This document shows, one piece after another, positions 1 through 15,891 of a stretch of DNA of 64,000 nt (the stretch's first letter is position 1; each line of letters opens with the position of its first letter). The notes beneath the pieces were generated by a model. That model saw only the letters and a list, made by a program, of their open reading frames with translations. It did not search any database and had not been told where the DNA came from. A program made the translations under genes and the position numbers. Source of the DNA: Eledone cirrhosa. Its lineage: Eukaryota. The stretch is from the NCBI GenBank assembly GCA_964016885.1, contig OZ024755.1:26474001-26538000 (forward strand), given 5' to 3'.

Positions 1-1196
<1,196 letters not shown>

Positions 1197-1197
1197 C

Positions 1198-1288
1198 CGT
1201 GTCTGAAAGAACCCGCAGAAGTAGAATCAGCCAGATCCATACAAGGACCATGACTCGAGCTATATGCCGGCGAAACATTTGTAACACG
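1198..1288 (+). ncRNA. Type I hammerhead-like motif with an extra A in the core
   Basis: Stem I CGTGT/ACACG; CTGAAAGA 1203-1210; long stem II; GAAA 1272-1275; stem III ACA-TT-TGT; GUA site. Confidence 0.6.
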
Positions 1289-1416
1289 AAATAAACTAAG
1301 TCCAGATGCATCACTGATTTTTCGTTTTCTTTATAATATCTACACTCTACTCTGAGGAATATCGAGTGCTAATTTTGGCAAACCGCCTACGAAAGCACCA
1401 TAGCTACCACTATACA
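1198..1416 (+). mobile_element. PLE-derived terminal fragment, family I (HHR plus tail) in (TA)n
   Basis: HHR fold at 1198-1288, bulged tail hairpin at 1343-1368, TA tracts on both sides. Confidence 0.65.
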
Positions 1417-1431
1417 CAAATATATATATAT

Positions 1432-1721
<290 letters not shown>

Positions 1722-1733
1722 TATATATATATA

Positions 1734-1813
<80 letters not shown>

Positions 1814-1844
1814 TGTATATATATATAATCATCATCATCTTAAA

Positions 1845-2010
1845 TCAGCATCATTTTACATCGGATTTCCTTGCAAGTATGTGCTGGACGAATTGTCACA
1901 GCCCAAGACTAAACGGACCGGAGAACCATACGTTCCAGATTTTAGCATGACTAATATGGCTGGATGCCCTTCCTAACTCTAACCACATTCAGTGTACTAG
2001 ATACGTTCCC
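1845..2010 (-). mobile_element. Diverged SINE-like fragment with a ggctggatgcccttcctaac domain
   Basis: Shares the motif with 9580-9830; CAT-rich tail on the left; family recognised from memory of mollusc SINEs. Confidence 0.55.
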
Positions 2011-2988
2011 ATCATTTCCAGTTCACATGCATCATGTGCATGTATTCATTCATTCATACATACATAGGCACACACGCAAGAACACATTTACACACGCCCA
2101 TAGATACATATATGTATGTGTGTGTACGTGTGTGTGTTTGTGTGTGTGTGTGTCTCTTTATACGTATGTGCGTGTGCGTGTGGATGCGTGTGCGTGTAAA
2201 ATATATATCAAAATTACCCCCCTACTTTTATAATCATGATCAACATTATCCGGCCAATGGTAAAACACAAGAATTTTGAAAAAGACCAATGTCAGCATTG
2301 ATCGTAGAAAGAAGTCGATAGAATTTTCCAATATATATTTATTGCTACAATGTTTTTAATTTGAACCTGGAATAATTGAAATACAATATACGACCAGGAA
2401 AAATTACATTAAGAATGCATAAATATGAAATAAAATAAAATATATAATTTCGTCAGAGATTATCACAATTCAGGAGACATTGACCGCAGTATCACAACTT
2501 TCGAAAGAGATTTAATGGGTATATTCTTTTAGTATTTTGAGATACGGTTATTTCATTTTAGCATTATGTTCGGTCATTGAACATAGGTCATGAAAAGAAT
2601 TCATTTTCAAATGTACATTTGAGTTCATTCACCGAAGTATTTTCTACATGGTATTTCTTTTATCGACCGTGAAAGAATCAAAGGAAAAATTGATCTATGT
2701 GAGGGCATCTAAGAAGGATTGTATTCCCATGTATATAATGTCTTTCGAGGCTGTTTCTTTCTGAGAATGTTAGTATTCTATCAAGTGAGATCCAGAGAAA
2801 TATATAAGCCTGCATAATATATCATCTTACTCCTCCACACCGCTTTCATTGAAATTGCACAGAATCACCATCAAACAGAAAAGAAAGTAATTTATTTGAT
2901 GCTTTGCTGATTTTTCTTTCTATTATATTATGTGAAAATATAAAATAATATAATAAACATAAGTAAAAAGGTATAAGCAAATCTCATT

Positions 2989-3186
2989 TTATACCATGGC
3001 ATGACAGGAACATGTTAATGAATGGTTTGGTTTGAAATAGGAAATATGTGTTGTTAGTTCTGTGGCGGAGACATTTTCTTCTTTTACTAGCTTGACTATC
3101 AAACTCGGTTGGTTCATTACTGTTAAAAATGTCTTCGATGCAGTTTGCCAGAATATAATACCTCCAAAGCCAATATGAAGAAACAC
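2989..3186 (-). pseudogene. Possible decayed hAT-like transposase fragment
   Basis: VSATELTTHISYFKPNHSLTCSC loosely resembles the V-x-A-A-E...KHNHS..S.DC motif recalled from hAT-like transposases; weak. Confidence 0.25.
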
Positions 3187-3501
3187 GATTAGATCGAAGA
3201 ATTCAGATGAAAGAAGTGATAAGAATTAATCAATGAAGACTATAATGGAGGTTGATTAATCAGATGCAATATATTATATATAAATTAGATCAAATACTAG
3301 AGCCAGACAAAAGCTTGTTCTAAATGAAATTTTCATGGACTTATATCACTACACACAAAGATGTATAGTTATGTATACTCTACATACATCTAATTTCACT
3401 ATATAAAGCTTCCTGTCTTCTGTAAATAAGCATGATATTGAATTATGCATATGCTACAATAATAAGATTGATATATATATATTATATATATATATATATA
3501 T

Positions 3502-3774
<273 letters not shown>

Positions 3775-6700
3775 TAGATATACTGCTATACACATATAGA
3801 CACATCTCAGCAGAAAAATATATGCATACCTATCTGTGTGTGAATATATATAAATTCTGAGCGTTTATGCATATGTGCGTATGTACTCAAAAATATATAT
3901 TGATTCAGATTTAAAACATTATTGTCATTTACTGACCAAATTTAAGTTGCCCAGTTTAAGTTATGAATATTTATAAGTTGCATTTCGCTATTTCCAGATA
4001 CAACTCAATAAATTTTTTTTTTTTCAAAAACCTTCACTGTCTTATAGATATTTAAGCACATGATTGATGTCAATGTTTGTACTAATTACATAATCATGAT
4101 CTTCAGCTCACTTTTAAAGATTTTCTCTATGTATAAAATTTAGTTCTTTTGCCTTGTAGAAATGTAGATGATTTACGATTATGCTATAAAGCGAAAGCTT
4201 CTAAACTGACTCGAGAAATCCATATGAATCAGGAGACTGCCAGTATAGGGTATTTTGTTTTGGTCAGGTCAATGAACGCTGCTGTCATGGGTTATCGGAT
4301 AATTCAATAATTTACTAGATGGTAATAGGATAGACTTCGTGATCAAACAATTTCTTAGGGATAAAAGAGATAGTATTTCTGTAGATCTGAAACATACTGG
4401 TAGATTATTAATTATACATAAGAGGTCAATATTGAGATATATAGCTAAAATTCCCTTTGGAGATTGCTACTATGGAGAGGAGGGGAGAGTTTCGTTTTCT
4501 GCTATTTGGTGTTTTATTATTTCGTTTATTTTTAAGGGAGGGATATTGGATAATCTGACAAAGAAATATTTGTCTTGCAAAATTTATTACAAGATAGAAA
4601 CAGATATTCATTAATTATCTGGTAATAACAAACGAAGAAAAAAGAAACATGATTAACATGTAATGAGTTATATTAAATATTTATCTTGTATATACTACTA
4701 ATCTATAAAAGAGAAACAGAAACTGAAATATAATAGTCTCATTATCTGATATATTCTTAACACAGAAATTATGAATTTATATAAATAGTCAGGATAATTC
4801 TTGACTGCTGCTGTCATACATACACACAGAGACATATATGTATGTATGTATGTGTATTCAAAGAGTGTCAGAGTTAAAGAAAGATATATACAAACATAAA
4901 TACACACTCAAGATAACTGGCTGACAACAATTGCTTTCTCTACTAACTACCATTTCCTCCGTTTTCCTATAATTTGTACTCTCGTCTATCTTAGGTTTTC
5001 TGCATTTTGTGCTAAACATCCATTCCTTTCTATATCATTCTACCTTCCAATGAAGGAATAACGTCCAGATGTATATTGATATTAAGTGAAAAAAATATCG
5101 ATTTTCTGATCTAATTGGACCCTCGATTAAAGCTGATTACCATTTTTCAGTGTACAGGGATATTTGTATTTTCTGGCATGTTTTCATGCCTTTATATTAG
5201 ATATGCGCATATATTTATTACACGTTGATGCAGTCCCGATCACACACTCTGTATTTATACAGATATAAATTTATCATATACTTCAGCTGGTAGCGCACTT
5301 CTCGACACACACACTCTCTCTCACACACACACACTCTTTCACACACACACACCTATCTATCTCTCTCTCTCTATATATATATAAAGCAACCAATATATAT
5401 GATGAAAATTTGAAATTTGAAATCTGTACATCCCAAAAGCACTGCCCTTCAGAGTCGACCATTACATATAATAGTAGACAAAAGCTGGAAACAGAAGAAT
5501 GTAGACAGTCAGCTGCCCTTTGATGGAATTTTTAAAACAGGCTTTTGATTTTTTAGATCAGATTTTTAAATAAGATATATCACTTCACTGATTCATCATT
5601 TGTCGGACTAACCCTAGCTACCACTAATCTCACTCTGTGATTAATGCAGGGAACAGTCATCATATTGAGATTACCATCTTTCAGACGTTTCACATTTACA
5701 CATTGAGCACATTTGTATCCATAGTTAAGGTTTCTCCCCGGCTAACATTCTTGTCTAATTCCCCACCTTGGCTCAAATCCTTCCCCCCGGGAACCAAATG
5801 ATTCCCATTTGATAATATCTGCACTAACCAAAGCAATAGGTGAGCTGACCTTATCCTGGGCTAACATATAGCAGGTAGTTGCAATATCTATGCCAAAATA
5901 AAATGCCGCTGGGAAAAAAAATTAAAAGACAGTCAAAGAAAAGGGTGAAATAGATAAAACAACCACCACCTCATTTTGTTAAAATTTTGTTAAATAGTGT
6001 CTTTCAAGGAGATATTCTCTCTGTAATGATGTGGACGGAGTTTTATATATTTGTTAACGAAATCTGACGGGTACAGGATTGGCCCATATGATTTCAGAAA
6101 TATTAACCTGACACATAACCTATTTTTGAACGACTAGAAAGGATATGTATATGCTAAAAACATTAAATCTACCAAGATAAAGCTTGGCCAATCTCAGCGG
6201 ATGTAGAAATAATATAAAGGTTTCTATTTGACTGTAAAAGTACAATACACTTCAAAAAGAGCTTTATCAATAGTCTAACTATTTCTTCGATATTCGACAA
6301 GGAATGTTACAGATATCTAGTGATGGAAGAAAATATTTCTTCTGGTGACAAGTAACCAAGGAATATTATAGTGTTGAAAAATATATGCAATATATCAGTT
6401 ACCTACTAACTGGTTCCTGTGTCTGTATTAGTATCAACATTTAAGCAACTCAGTAAGACGGTAGATGTCATGTGAGTTACATCAACAGCAGTATTTACCA
6501 CGCTTACCTAAACGTGACAAGGAGGCAGATACTTAGCATCAGTTCAAATAGACTTTGAATATCACGACAGTATTAACTTACAACGAAATGTAATATGTCA
6601 AAAAGTAGAATTCTGCATACCTGAGACAATAACCCTACGAAAGTTAGAAATGAACTCTGACAATAATTCTTGTCGAGTGGTCATAATAATTCTTGTCATA

Positions 6701-7324
6701 ATAATTCTTGTCGAGATACAGTTCTACCGCAACAAAATATTAGAGAAAATATTTCTGTTTGTTAACATTAGATCGTGCATGTTATGTTGTCACAATGATA
6801 AACATTGACAATTGATCAAATATATACCAGTTTGAAATACGTCCAGGAGTAGAAGGAGCTACATTGAACTCGAGTGAAAGCAGGAAAAAAAATAGATCCA
6901 TACTTATTGTGTATATGTGTGTTTATGTGATTATATGAAATCATATTTTGCTTTTTCTTCGTATGTCAGCCTTCCAGTTTCACTAATATGTAAAATAAAT
7001 GTTTATAATATTTCTTCCTTGAGAATTAGAAGAAATCAAAATTAAACAAAATCAGTAAAATAAAAGAAGAATGCTTAAAAAAATTTATTCTAGCAGTGAG
7101 GTTTGGCAAAGACGTTTGGAAGATTCATTGTTTAGAGTTAGTTTCACTGTAAGGCAGGTCAGTAACCTCTGATCAACATATAATTAGATGATATTGTCAT
7201 TTAATAAATGGTATAAAATTATACGAACAAAACCAAGTCGAGACTTATCATTTTCTATATTAACAATCAGAGCTTGCATTGGAATTAGGTAAACAAGAAA
7301 TAAGGATTCGATTTAATAAAATGT

Positions 7325-8140
<816 letters not shown>

Positions 8141-9579
8141 GACACACACATACACATAAACGCCTGCACAAACACGCAAACACGGGGATATCCGATTAAA
8201 TATAACTCACAATTTAGTAAGGTGCTTAATATCTATGCGTTCCATTTCCTTGGGATGGTTATATATATGTATTACTTCTCTCAGATTAGTTATCACAAAC
8301 AACCAACAGAAATACTGTCCTGTTCTTGATAAATTAGAGAAATTCTTTGTTTGACAGAAGTGAAAAAGCAACAACATATTAATGGTATTTAAAAGGTAAT
8401 GGACCCATCAAATAAACGGCAATACAACAAGATGTCACACCATAGATATACATGGCGTCCGGCCATATATCCACTGTCTAATGACTATTGTAAGAAATCA
8501 ATACCGATAATAGTGAAAGACCAGAATGGAAATCGTAAGAAATCATTTTCTTCTCAGAACAAATTGATATGAAGGATATGGAATGCTAATAACGTTTATA
8601 AGTAATAAGTAGCAATATTCACGCAAAAGATTGGACACGTGCCAAACCATTATTTATTATAAGTAGCATTACTTGCGACCGTAACAGTGAATACGATTCC
8701 TCTATAAAGAATATAAATACAATAACCAAATACAAAATGGAATTCAAAGTGAGAAGTTGAGTTTATTTTATATATTATTGATAAAAAGCCAATTAATTCA
8801 GATCAATGAAGACATGAGATTATAAAATAATATCACACAGAAACACGCACAAACACACACACATACTCACATACACACAAAAACACGCACAAACACACAC
8901 ACATACACATACATGACTACGCACATACTCACATGCACACAAGCGGGCACACACTTGGTGTTTAGGTACATTGAATAGTTTTTATTCAGTTAGTTCCGTC
9001 CAGACTTCCTGGTCCTTTCTTCCAGCTGTTGACATTCATTGACCTGTAAATGTTGAAGTGAAACTCGCGGAGTATCAATCTCATTTGTCTAGCTGGAATT
9101 CCAAAGGTCAGGATCACATATTTCCATCGTCGTTAAATAACTTAACTTTACTACACATAGAAGCTCCCAACACACATATATCATAGACAGAAATGCACCA
9201 TAGAACAGAAGTCACAGTGTTTATATTATCATGGCGCCAAGCAAGCTATATTGCTTCAAAACATTGACTAATTATTAAACAACAAATGTGATGTGTATGA
9301 TACATATATATATAGAATTAATTTCGATTGTGAGATGTTTGTATTTGTTAGTGATTCATTAGAAATTCTGTGTAATGGATTAATTACATGAAGTTAATGT
9401 TGTATGCGTGGAACAAGAAGACACAACAATATCTGCCAAGAAGATAACTCTGTCTACTTCCTTTGTCAATTGTCTGAATAAACAGCCAACAACTAGGAAA
9501 TATAACAAAAGTATATAGAAGAATAGGAGACAAACACATAAGTTGATCCGAGTCACTCCACACAAACACTGAATTAATC

Positions 9580-9830
9580 CTCATCCTCATCACCGTTTTA
9601 CGTCCATTTTTCCACGCTAGCATGGGTTAGACGAGTTGTCCTGTTGTGAGCAATGCCAGGTCAGGTGACCATGTCTTGTTCATGCAGAATTGATTTTGGC
9701 TTGATTTCTATAGCTGGATGCTCTTCCTAACGCCAACTCATTTATAGCGAGTACTGGGTGCTTTTTTTACCGTGGCGCCTACACGACCACTTTACAGTGT
9801 GGACAGGGTGCTTTTTGTCGTGATATCTAC
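9580..9830 (-). mobile_element. SINE-like fragment with a gctggatgctcttcctaacgccaac domain
   Basis: Homologous to 1845-2010; internal duplication of accactttacag...gggtgctttt. Confidence 0.55.
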
Positions 9831-10512
9831 ACGACCTATCGACATACATGGAGTTGAACCATTTATCCACGTCTTTTTCTACACTATTACCCAATTTCCC
9901 TAAAATTTACCTCAGGGCATCACTTAGTCCTTCCATCTCAGTTTTGTCCAGAAAATAACGCGTATAGAAATTCAAGAGGGTTTTGAATGAGAGGCAAAGC
10001 TTTGTCTTAAACCGTTTCAAAGGCCACTAACAAACAGTTTCCATTGGTATAGTTACTTGACAGAAAAAGAAATAATAATGATTTCATTTATTCCCACAAG
10101 GGTGAGAAGCAACAAACATCACAAAGGGATTTACATCATAAGTAATGGAAAATCAATTAAATAGAGTATATAAATGAAAAGTAATAGAATATATGAATTT
10201 AAATAATCTGTAACTGGTGGCTTTAACGGACGCCGCTTTAACGGATAGAAAAAATAATATAATACATCTATAAATAATATATTTATTTTTCAATTAGAAA
10301 TTACATGAGGGGAGTAATCTGCACATATAAATGTTTGAGAGATTTATCGAGAGAGTGTGATTTATTGAAAGAGAAAGATATACAGCGAGAGATAAAGAGA
10401 GAAAGAGAAGAGATAGAGAGAAACAAAGCAAGAGAGAGAATATATATACGTATATATACAAACACACACACACACACAATATTATTACAACAATATGACC
10501 ATCCGCAAGTAT

Positions 10513-10599
<87 letters not shown>

Positions 10600-10601
<2 letters not shown>

Positions 10602-10649
10602 CTTCTACAGGACTAGAACTGTTTCATTCGTGAGAAATCTTCAGGGAGC
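10600..10649 (-). ncRNA. Type I hammerhead-like motif (family B)
   Basis: Reverse complement gctcc-CTGAAGA-tttctcacgaat-GAA-ACAG-ttctagtc-CTGT-A-gaagc; GUA site; one mismatch in stem I. Confidence 0.6.
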
Positions 10650-10790
10650 CCCTGATGATTTCTCACGAATGAAACAGTTCTAGTCCTGTACTGTAGAAGC
10701 TTTTCTATATTAAAACATTTATACTCTGCTATGTATTGTATTGAGTACCTTACTTACTGTGGTTGCCCCCGATTCAACCCGGAATAACTT
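10600..10790 (+). mobile_element. Family B two-armed PLE-derived element
   Basis: Inverted arms 10600-10646 and 10650-10701, each with CTGANGA...GAAA; tail hairpin 10722-10747; paralog at 34960-35062. Confidence 0.8.
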
Positions 10791-10792
10791 AT

Positions 10793-10835
<43 letters not shown>

Positions 10836-10837
<2 letters not shown>

Positions 10838-11468
10838 ATAATAATAAATTTGAAGGCTAAAATCCAAAGAGGGCTCGATAAGGATAAATATATATCGAAT
10901 ATATAAGAACCGTAGAGCGTATGCTTGTGTATGTACGTATTTGGATGCGTGTATGTATTTATTTAATTTCAATTACCTCTGTATTTTATTTACTTTATTC
11001 TTAACTCTGAAGCGGAAAATCATTCGGTTTCCTAGTTAGAATTTTAGTCTACGGCTTCAGTTATACCATTTACGTGGTTTTGTCTTTGCGTGCAATTGTT
11101 CTCCACGCCCCACATATGATGTATTATCTTCGTTTTTTCCGTTCATTGCCAGAGAACGTCTCTATGAACCACCTAAGAGAATATTAGTCTACGACTTCTT
11201 TTATACCATAAACGTGGTTTATTGCGTGGTCTTTGCGTGTAATTGTTTTTCACCGCTCCAATTAATGACGTATTATATTCGTTTTTTCCCGTTCTTTGCC
11301 AGGGAACGTTTCCACAAACCAAAGTATCGTCTTCCTGTCTTCCTCCGGTTGTAACGTTTTTTGAAATATTCACTTCTGCGTTTACAGATTGACTTTGTTA
11401 GTTTCAGAAGATCCCATTAAGGGTGAAAGCAGCGATTCTTTGCTTAAACTTTAATCTGTTATTTTAAT
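10836..11468 (+). mobile_element. Family F PLE-derived element (inverted tail plus forward body ending in an HHR-like motif)
   Basis: Tail hairpin on minus strand 10873-10918; 140-bp internal tandem repeat (11044, 11184); HHR-like 11400-11450; paralogs at 28766-29104 and 35239-35345. Confidence 0.75.
11400..11450 (+). ncRNA. Hammerhead-like motif with CAGAAGA core (family F)
   Basis: agttt-CAGAAGA-tCCCattaaGGGt-GAA-AGCA...TGCT-T-aaact; all three stems pair. Confidence 0.5.
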
Positions 11469-11471
11469 AAA

Positions 11472-11625
11472 TATATTAGTAAAAGGAAAAGAAAATGCTG
11501 ACTAATTTTTCCCGGTGAAAAATAGTTTAATTAGGAATAAGTATAAATTAGTAATAAGTATTGGTTAGTATTCAGTTTTAGTTTTAAGTTTTTACCGGTT
11601 GCGCATTTCTAATGCTTTTCAAAAA
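11472..11625. repeat. Unclassified ~155-bp dispersed repeat (empty paralog of 57850-58190)
   Basis: Near-identical to 57850-57935 plus 58112-58190. Confidence 0.85.
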
Positions 11626-12739
11626 TATCGGAGGGTTAGATAAACAAATGCTGGAAGGCAATTTGTTGATGTTGACGTTTTTAAGGTACAATTCAGTCCT
11701 GATCAAGCAAACCTTAATCCGAGGTATCCTAATCCTTCCCATCCGATATTTTGGAGCTATCTAGGAGTAAATTATTGAAAGTGACATTAGTTTTTTTATA
11801 TTTGCCAGGATATTGTTGAACGAAGTTTGGCTACTTTTTATAGTATGTTGATATAAAACAATGTATCTCTTTGAATTGGTAGTGAGAGGTTACATAAAAG
11901 GAGGAGGACGTGTGCCTGTTAAATTTAAAGAAGGTTAGGGGTTGGAGGAAGTAGAAAATACTTTGAACACATAAGAGATGAACTAGTGAGCACAAGTGAG
12001 AGAATATATATTCAAATAAATTTTTCACGGATTTACATAACATCTTAATGAAAAGATATGACTAAAAGGATGTCATTCAGAGTAGCAAATACATATAGAA
12101 TAGAACATCTCGTACAAAATCACTGAAGGGTAGATGACAGTAGAAGCATCTTTCCCTAGGGATAAATTACCCTTACTGCAGCCAGTGGTCAACAGGGAAA
12201 CAATCCACAAGGTGGGTGACAGGCAGATGAAATATAGAAATGACTGAAAATGGAGGAGGACATGGAAAAGTGTGTTGGTGCATAGAAATGACTGGAAAAA
12301 GGAAATAAAGAAAGGCAATGTACAAGACAAGTTTACACACACACACATCTTCACCACCATCAGCTCTCAAACCAACAAAATGGTTTCGCACGATTATGAA
12401 ATATTTTCAGCTGCTCCCCTTGAGTATGGTAGCTTGCATTTAACTAAAGATTTCATTGCGTTTCTAGCGTGGCTTTGGGTAGTTTTGAAATTCATGGAAT
12501 CCCAAACGCAGAAAATAACTGTAATCACAGTCGATTGCTATTAATATTAGCTTAGAAAATCGAGTAAAATGTATTTAGAGACGAAAACAAAGGGGCCAAA
12601 TATTACCTGGTCCATGATGCTTAACATTCTGGTTTGTATGAATATTATGTATTTTAAACCTGGCGGAGTACATCTCCTTTCCAGGTCTGAACACTCTCCG
12701 ATTTCTTCCCACGAAGAAGTGAGAGTGATAGAGGAAGAA

Positions 12740-12896
12740 TTGACTCCAGTACTGGATTGGTCTATTTTTATCAACCTCAAAATGGTGAAAGGTAAATTTG
12801 ACTTCCGCTGGATTTGAAATCAGAGTGCTGAGTGCCAGAACGAATACTGCAAAGTAATCTGTACAACGTTTTAACAGCTCAGCTGTTTCACCGCCT
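12740..12896 (-). mobile_element. Old copy of the tRNA-derived SINE
   Basis: tgaaaggtaaatttgac...ggatttgaaatcaga...caccgcc matches the young copies. Confidence 0.65.
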
Positions 12897-13301
12897 TACA
12901 TACATATTAGTGAAAGCTAATTCGTGTCCAAGTGTGACCTCTTTTTAGAACAAAAAAGAAAAGAAAAAAACACAGACGTTAGCAAAACATTTTATTGATG
13001 TTTCTGTGATTGATATTTCTGTGCATGAAACCAGGAAGTTACCTACATGTCATACCACACAGTGTGCAGGTAAGTTTCTCGCCTGATTGAGTTTGTTCGG
13101 CGTGGCATGCTTTGTGGGGTCCTGGTAGCTCACCTGGGGAGTGACACACATTGGTACAGATGCCACATGCAAAATCAAAGTGTATGTAGTGGTGGTGGTG
13201 GTAGTAGCGGGTGTTCAAAATTAATTGTTATTTCTATGAATATGACGTCGGCTATGGCTTACAATACAATACATACATACATACATACATGCATGCATAC
13301 A

Positions 13302-13870
13302 TGGTGGCTGCCAACTCGTTTTCGAGTACGGCCACTACTTTATATCCATGTAGGAGAACCCCTACCGATGCGCTGAACGAGTGTGACTTTTTAGTCCAGC
13401 CTGCAACATGAAAACTCTGGTACAAACACTACACTTGTGACAATTACTGACACATAGTGCTGGGCCCATGTTACCATGTGACGACAAGTGCAGAGAGATC
13501 TCCAGATATAAAGCAATGCCTGTACCGTGAAGCTTTTATAGTGAGCAAAGGCACTGCACAAAGCCAGTCCCACTCTCTTAACCAAGATGATATTTACCAA
13601 AAAGAAGAACAAGTCAACATCATTGGATACCATCAGAGTTGCAGGTGTTCTATCAGAGTTTTCCTTCTCCTAGAATTCTGCCTTGGCAAAGGCTAAGGGG
13701 TCATCTCTCCCGGTGATTTTGGATGGCCATTGACTCTTAAGAGCTCCTTTGCCCTTTGACAGGTTTTGTTTTTAGTCCTGCAGGATGTCCAAAGTCACCC
13801 TCCTCACCAAGAAACGTTGGTGGGGTTGCCAGTTTAGTCGCCAACGACCCGACCATGAGACAGGTTGTAC
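13302..13870 (-). mobile_element. Non-autonomous RTE-5'UTR-like element in (CATA)n
   Basis: Paralog at 22488-23006; reverse complement contains ctaggagaaggaaaactctga, recalled as an RTE 5' UTR motif. Confidence 0.7.
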
Positions 13871-13911
13871 ATACATACATACATACATACATACATACAT
13901 ACATACATACA

Positions 13912-13939
<28 letters not shown>

Positions 13940-13942
<3 letters not shown>

Positions 13943-14381
13943 GCAGAACTGATGAGAAATCTGCAGATACTCCACTCTGATTATACCTTCAGATTTATGC
14001 CTGTGATTATTGGGGCACTGGGATATGTTAGTAACTGCCTCAATACAAATCTTGAGAAGCTAGGCTTCACAGGAACAGAAAGAACACAACTAGTTAGGAA
14101 ACTACAAGTACAATCCATTAATGGAACAGTAAAAATATGTAAAACATTTCAAAGATTTTGCATCTACACATGTACAGATACAAAACATATACACATGCAC
14201 ACATACAACTCAAAACATCCACATCCACACATACAATAACATCCATATCTACACATGCATGCATACATACATATCCACCTAGTTGATGTTGTGTAAATTC
14301 CAATGGAGAGTCTTGTGTCTATGTTAGAAACCGACTCTCTCTCTATTGGTAAAACTTTGTGAAATTATAAAACCAGAAGAA
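13940..14381 (+). mobile_element. R4/Dong-like non-LTR retrotransposon 3' end (restriction-like endonuclease C-terminus)
   Basis: YAELMRNLQILH...FMPVIIGALGYV...LEKLGF...LQVQSINGTVKICKTF; (CATA)n on both sides. Confidence 0.8.
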
Positions 14382-14473
14382 CATACATACATACATACAT
14401 ACATACAAACATACATACATACATACATACATACATACATACATACATACATACATACATACATACATACACA

Positions 14474-14863
14474 TTGAGAGCGTGTTCTGTTGTGGAGATC
14501 AGCTGCCCACTTGATGTAAACGTTGTCAGAAAAATACAGGAGAAGGAGGACATCTACGGACCATTGATGAGGAGTTTACAAATCCAGTGTCCAAGATACA
14601 CCTTTGGCTTCATACCCATCATTGTTGGTGCTACGGGTTGTATACCAACCCGCTTGGACCAAGGTATGACTGAACTTGGATTTGCGGACAGAGGGCGCGG
14701 CTCCCTGGTTCATAGTCTACAGGTGGCTGCGATGGCTGGCACCTTCGGGGTTTGCAGGACATTCTTGCGATTCAAGGGATGACAATTTCTTTTCTTTTAC
14801 AACCTTGCCACCAGGAAGGTGGCCGGTCAAAAAGATATACTCGAAATTAAGAGAAAGAGAAAA
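14474..14863 (+). mobile_element. Second R4/Dong-like family 3' end (restriction-like endonuclease C-terminus)
   Basis: VVEISCPLDVNVVRKIQEKEDIYGPL...PIIVGATGCIP...CRTFLRFKG*; stop at 14780-14782; follows (CATA)n. Confidence 0.85.
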
Positions 14864-14883
14864 CATATGTGTATGTATACAGT

Positions 14884-15074
14884 AATAATTGTTTCTACTT
14901 TAGGCACAAGGCCAGCAATTACCCAGTGCATTACTGGTACTTTATTTTATCGACCCCGTAAGGATTAAAGGCAAAGTCAACCTCGGCGGGATTTGAACTC
15001 AGATCGTAAAGGGACGTAACTATGCTGATAAGCATGGCGTCCGACCCTCTACCGATACTGCCAATCCACCGCCC
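14884..15074 (-). mobile_element. Young tRNA-derived SINE, full length
   Basis: A box TGGCAGTATCGG, B box GAGTTCAAATCCC, core GCCTTT..ATCCTTACGGGGTCGATAAAATAAAGTACCAG (Meta/MESC-like, from memory). Confidence 0.9.
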
Positions 15075-15382
15075 ATATACATACATATACATACACACAC
15101 AAATATATATATATATAGTAGACGAATATTGGGTTTTGATATTTAAATATTGTTGATGTCTGTAACAAATGTTTTGATGTTCAGAATGGGTTGCTATGAC
15201 ACTGGAGGGTATCACGACATTCCCAGTGTCATCCGGCGAGTTATTTATATCTAGCAGATATATATATAGCAGATATATATATCTAGCAAATATATATATA
15301 TTATTTATTTACAACCATATACCACTAGCCTGCAGCTAAAATAGGAAACGTTTATAAATATTTAGTATATAGATATATTTGA

Positions 15383-15384
<2 letters not shown>

Positions 15385-15431
<47 letters not shown>

Positions 15432-15835
15432 GAAGATGTACAAATAAAACCGTCTCTCTTATTTATTATGATAAATACATATATGTATATATGTATATAT
15501 TTGTGTATGTATATGTATGTATATGTATATATATATATGTATATGTGTGTGTAAATATATATATATATATATATGTATATGTGTGTGTATATATATATAT
15601 GTATATATATATCTCTCTCTCTCTATATATATATATACATATATATGTATGTATATGTCTATATATATATGTATGTATATGTCTATATATATATGTATGT
15701 ATATGTCTATATATATATATGTATATGTCTATATATATATATGTATATGTCTATATATATATATGTATATGTCTATATATATATATGTATATGTCTATAT
15801 ATATATGTATATGTCTATATATATATATGTATATA

Positions 15836-15890
<55 letters not shown>
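15385..15890. repeat. TA/TG compound microsatellite
   Basis: Direct inspection. Confidence 0.95.

Positions 15891-15891
<1 letters not shown>

Noticed and set aside
8987-9135. Possible minus-strand host exon (tttacag acceptor, short frames to a stop)
   Set aside because: No recognisable protein similarity or partner exons; needs RNA-seq
12050-12330. RTE C-terminus-like remnant (GKQSTRWVT...HRNDWK)
   Set aside because: Too degenerate to call by eye
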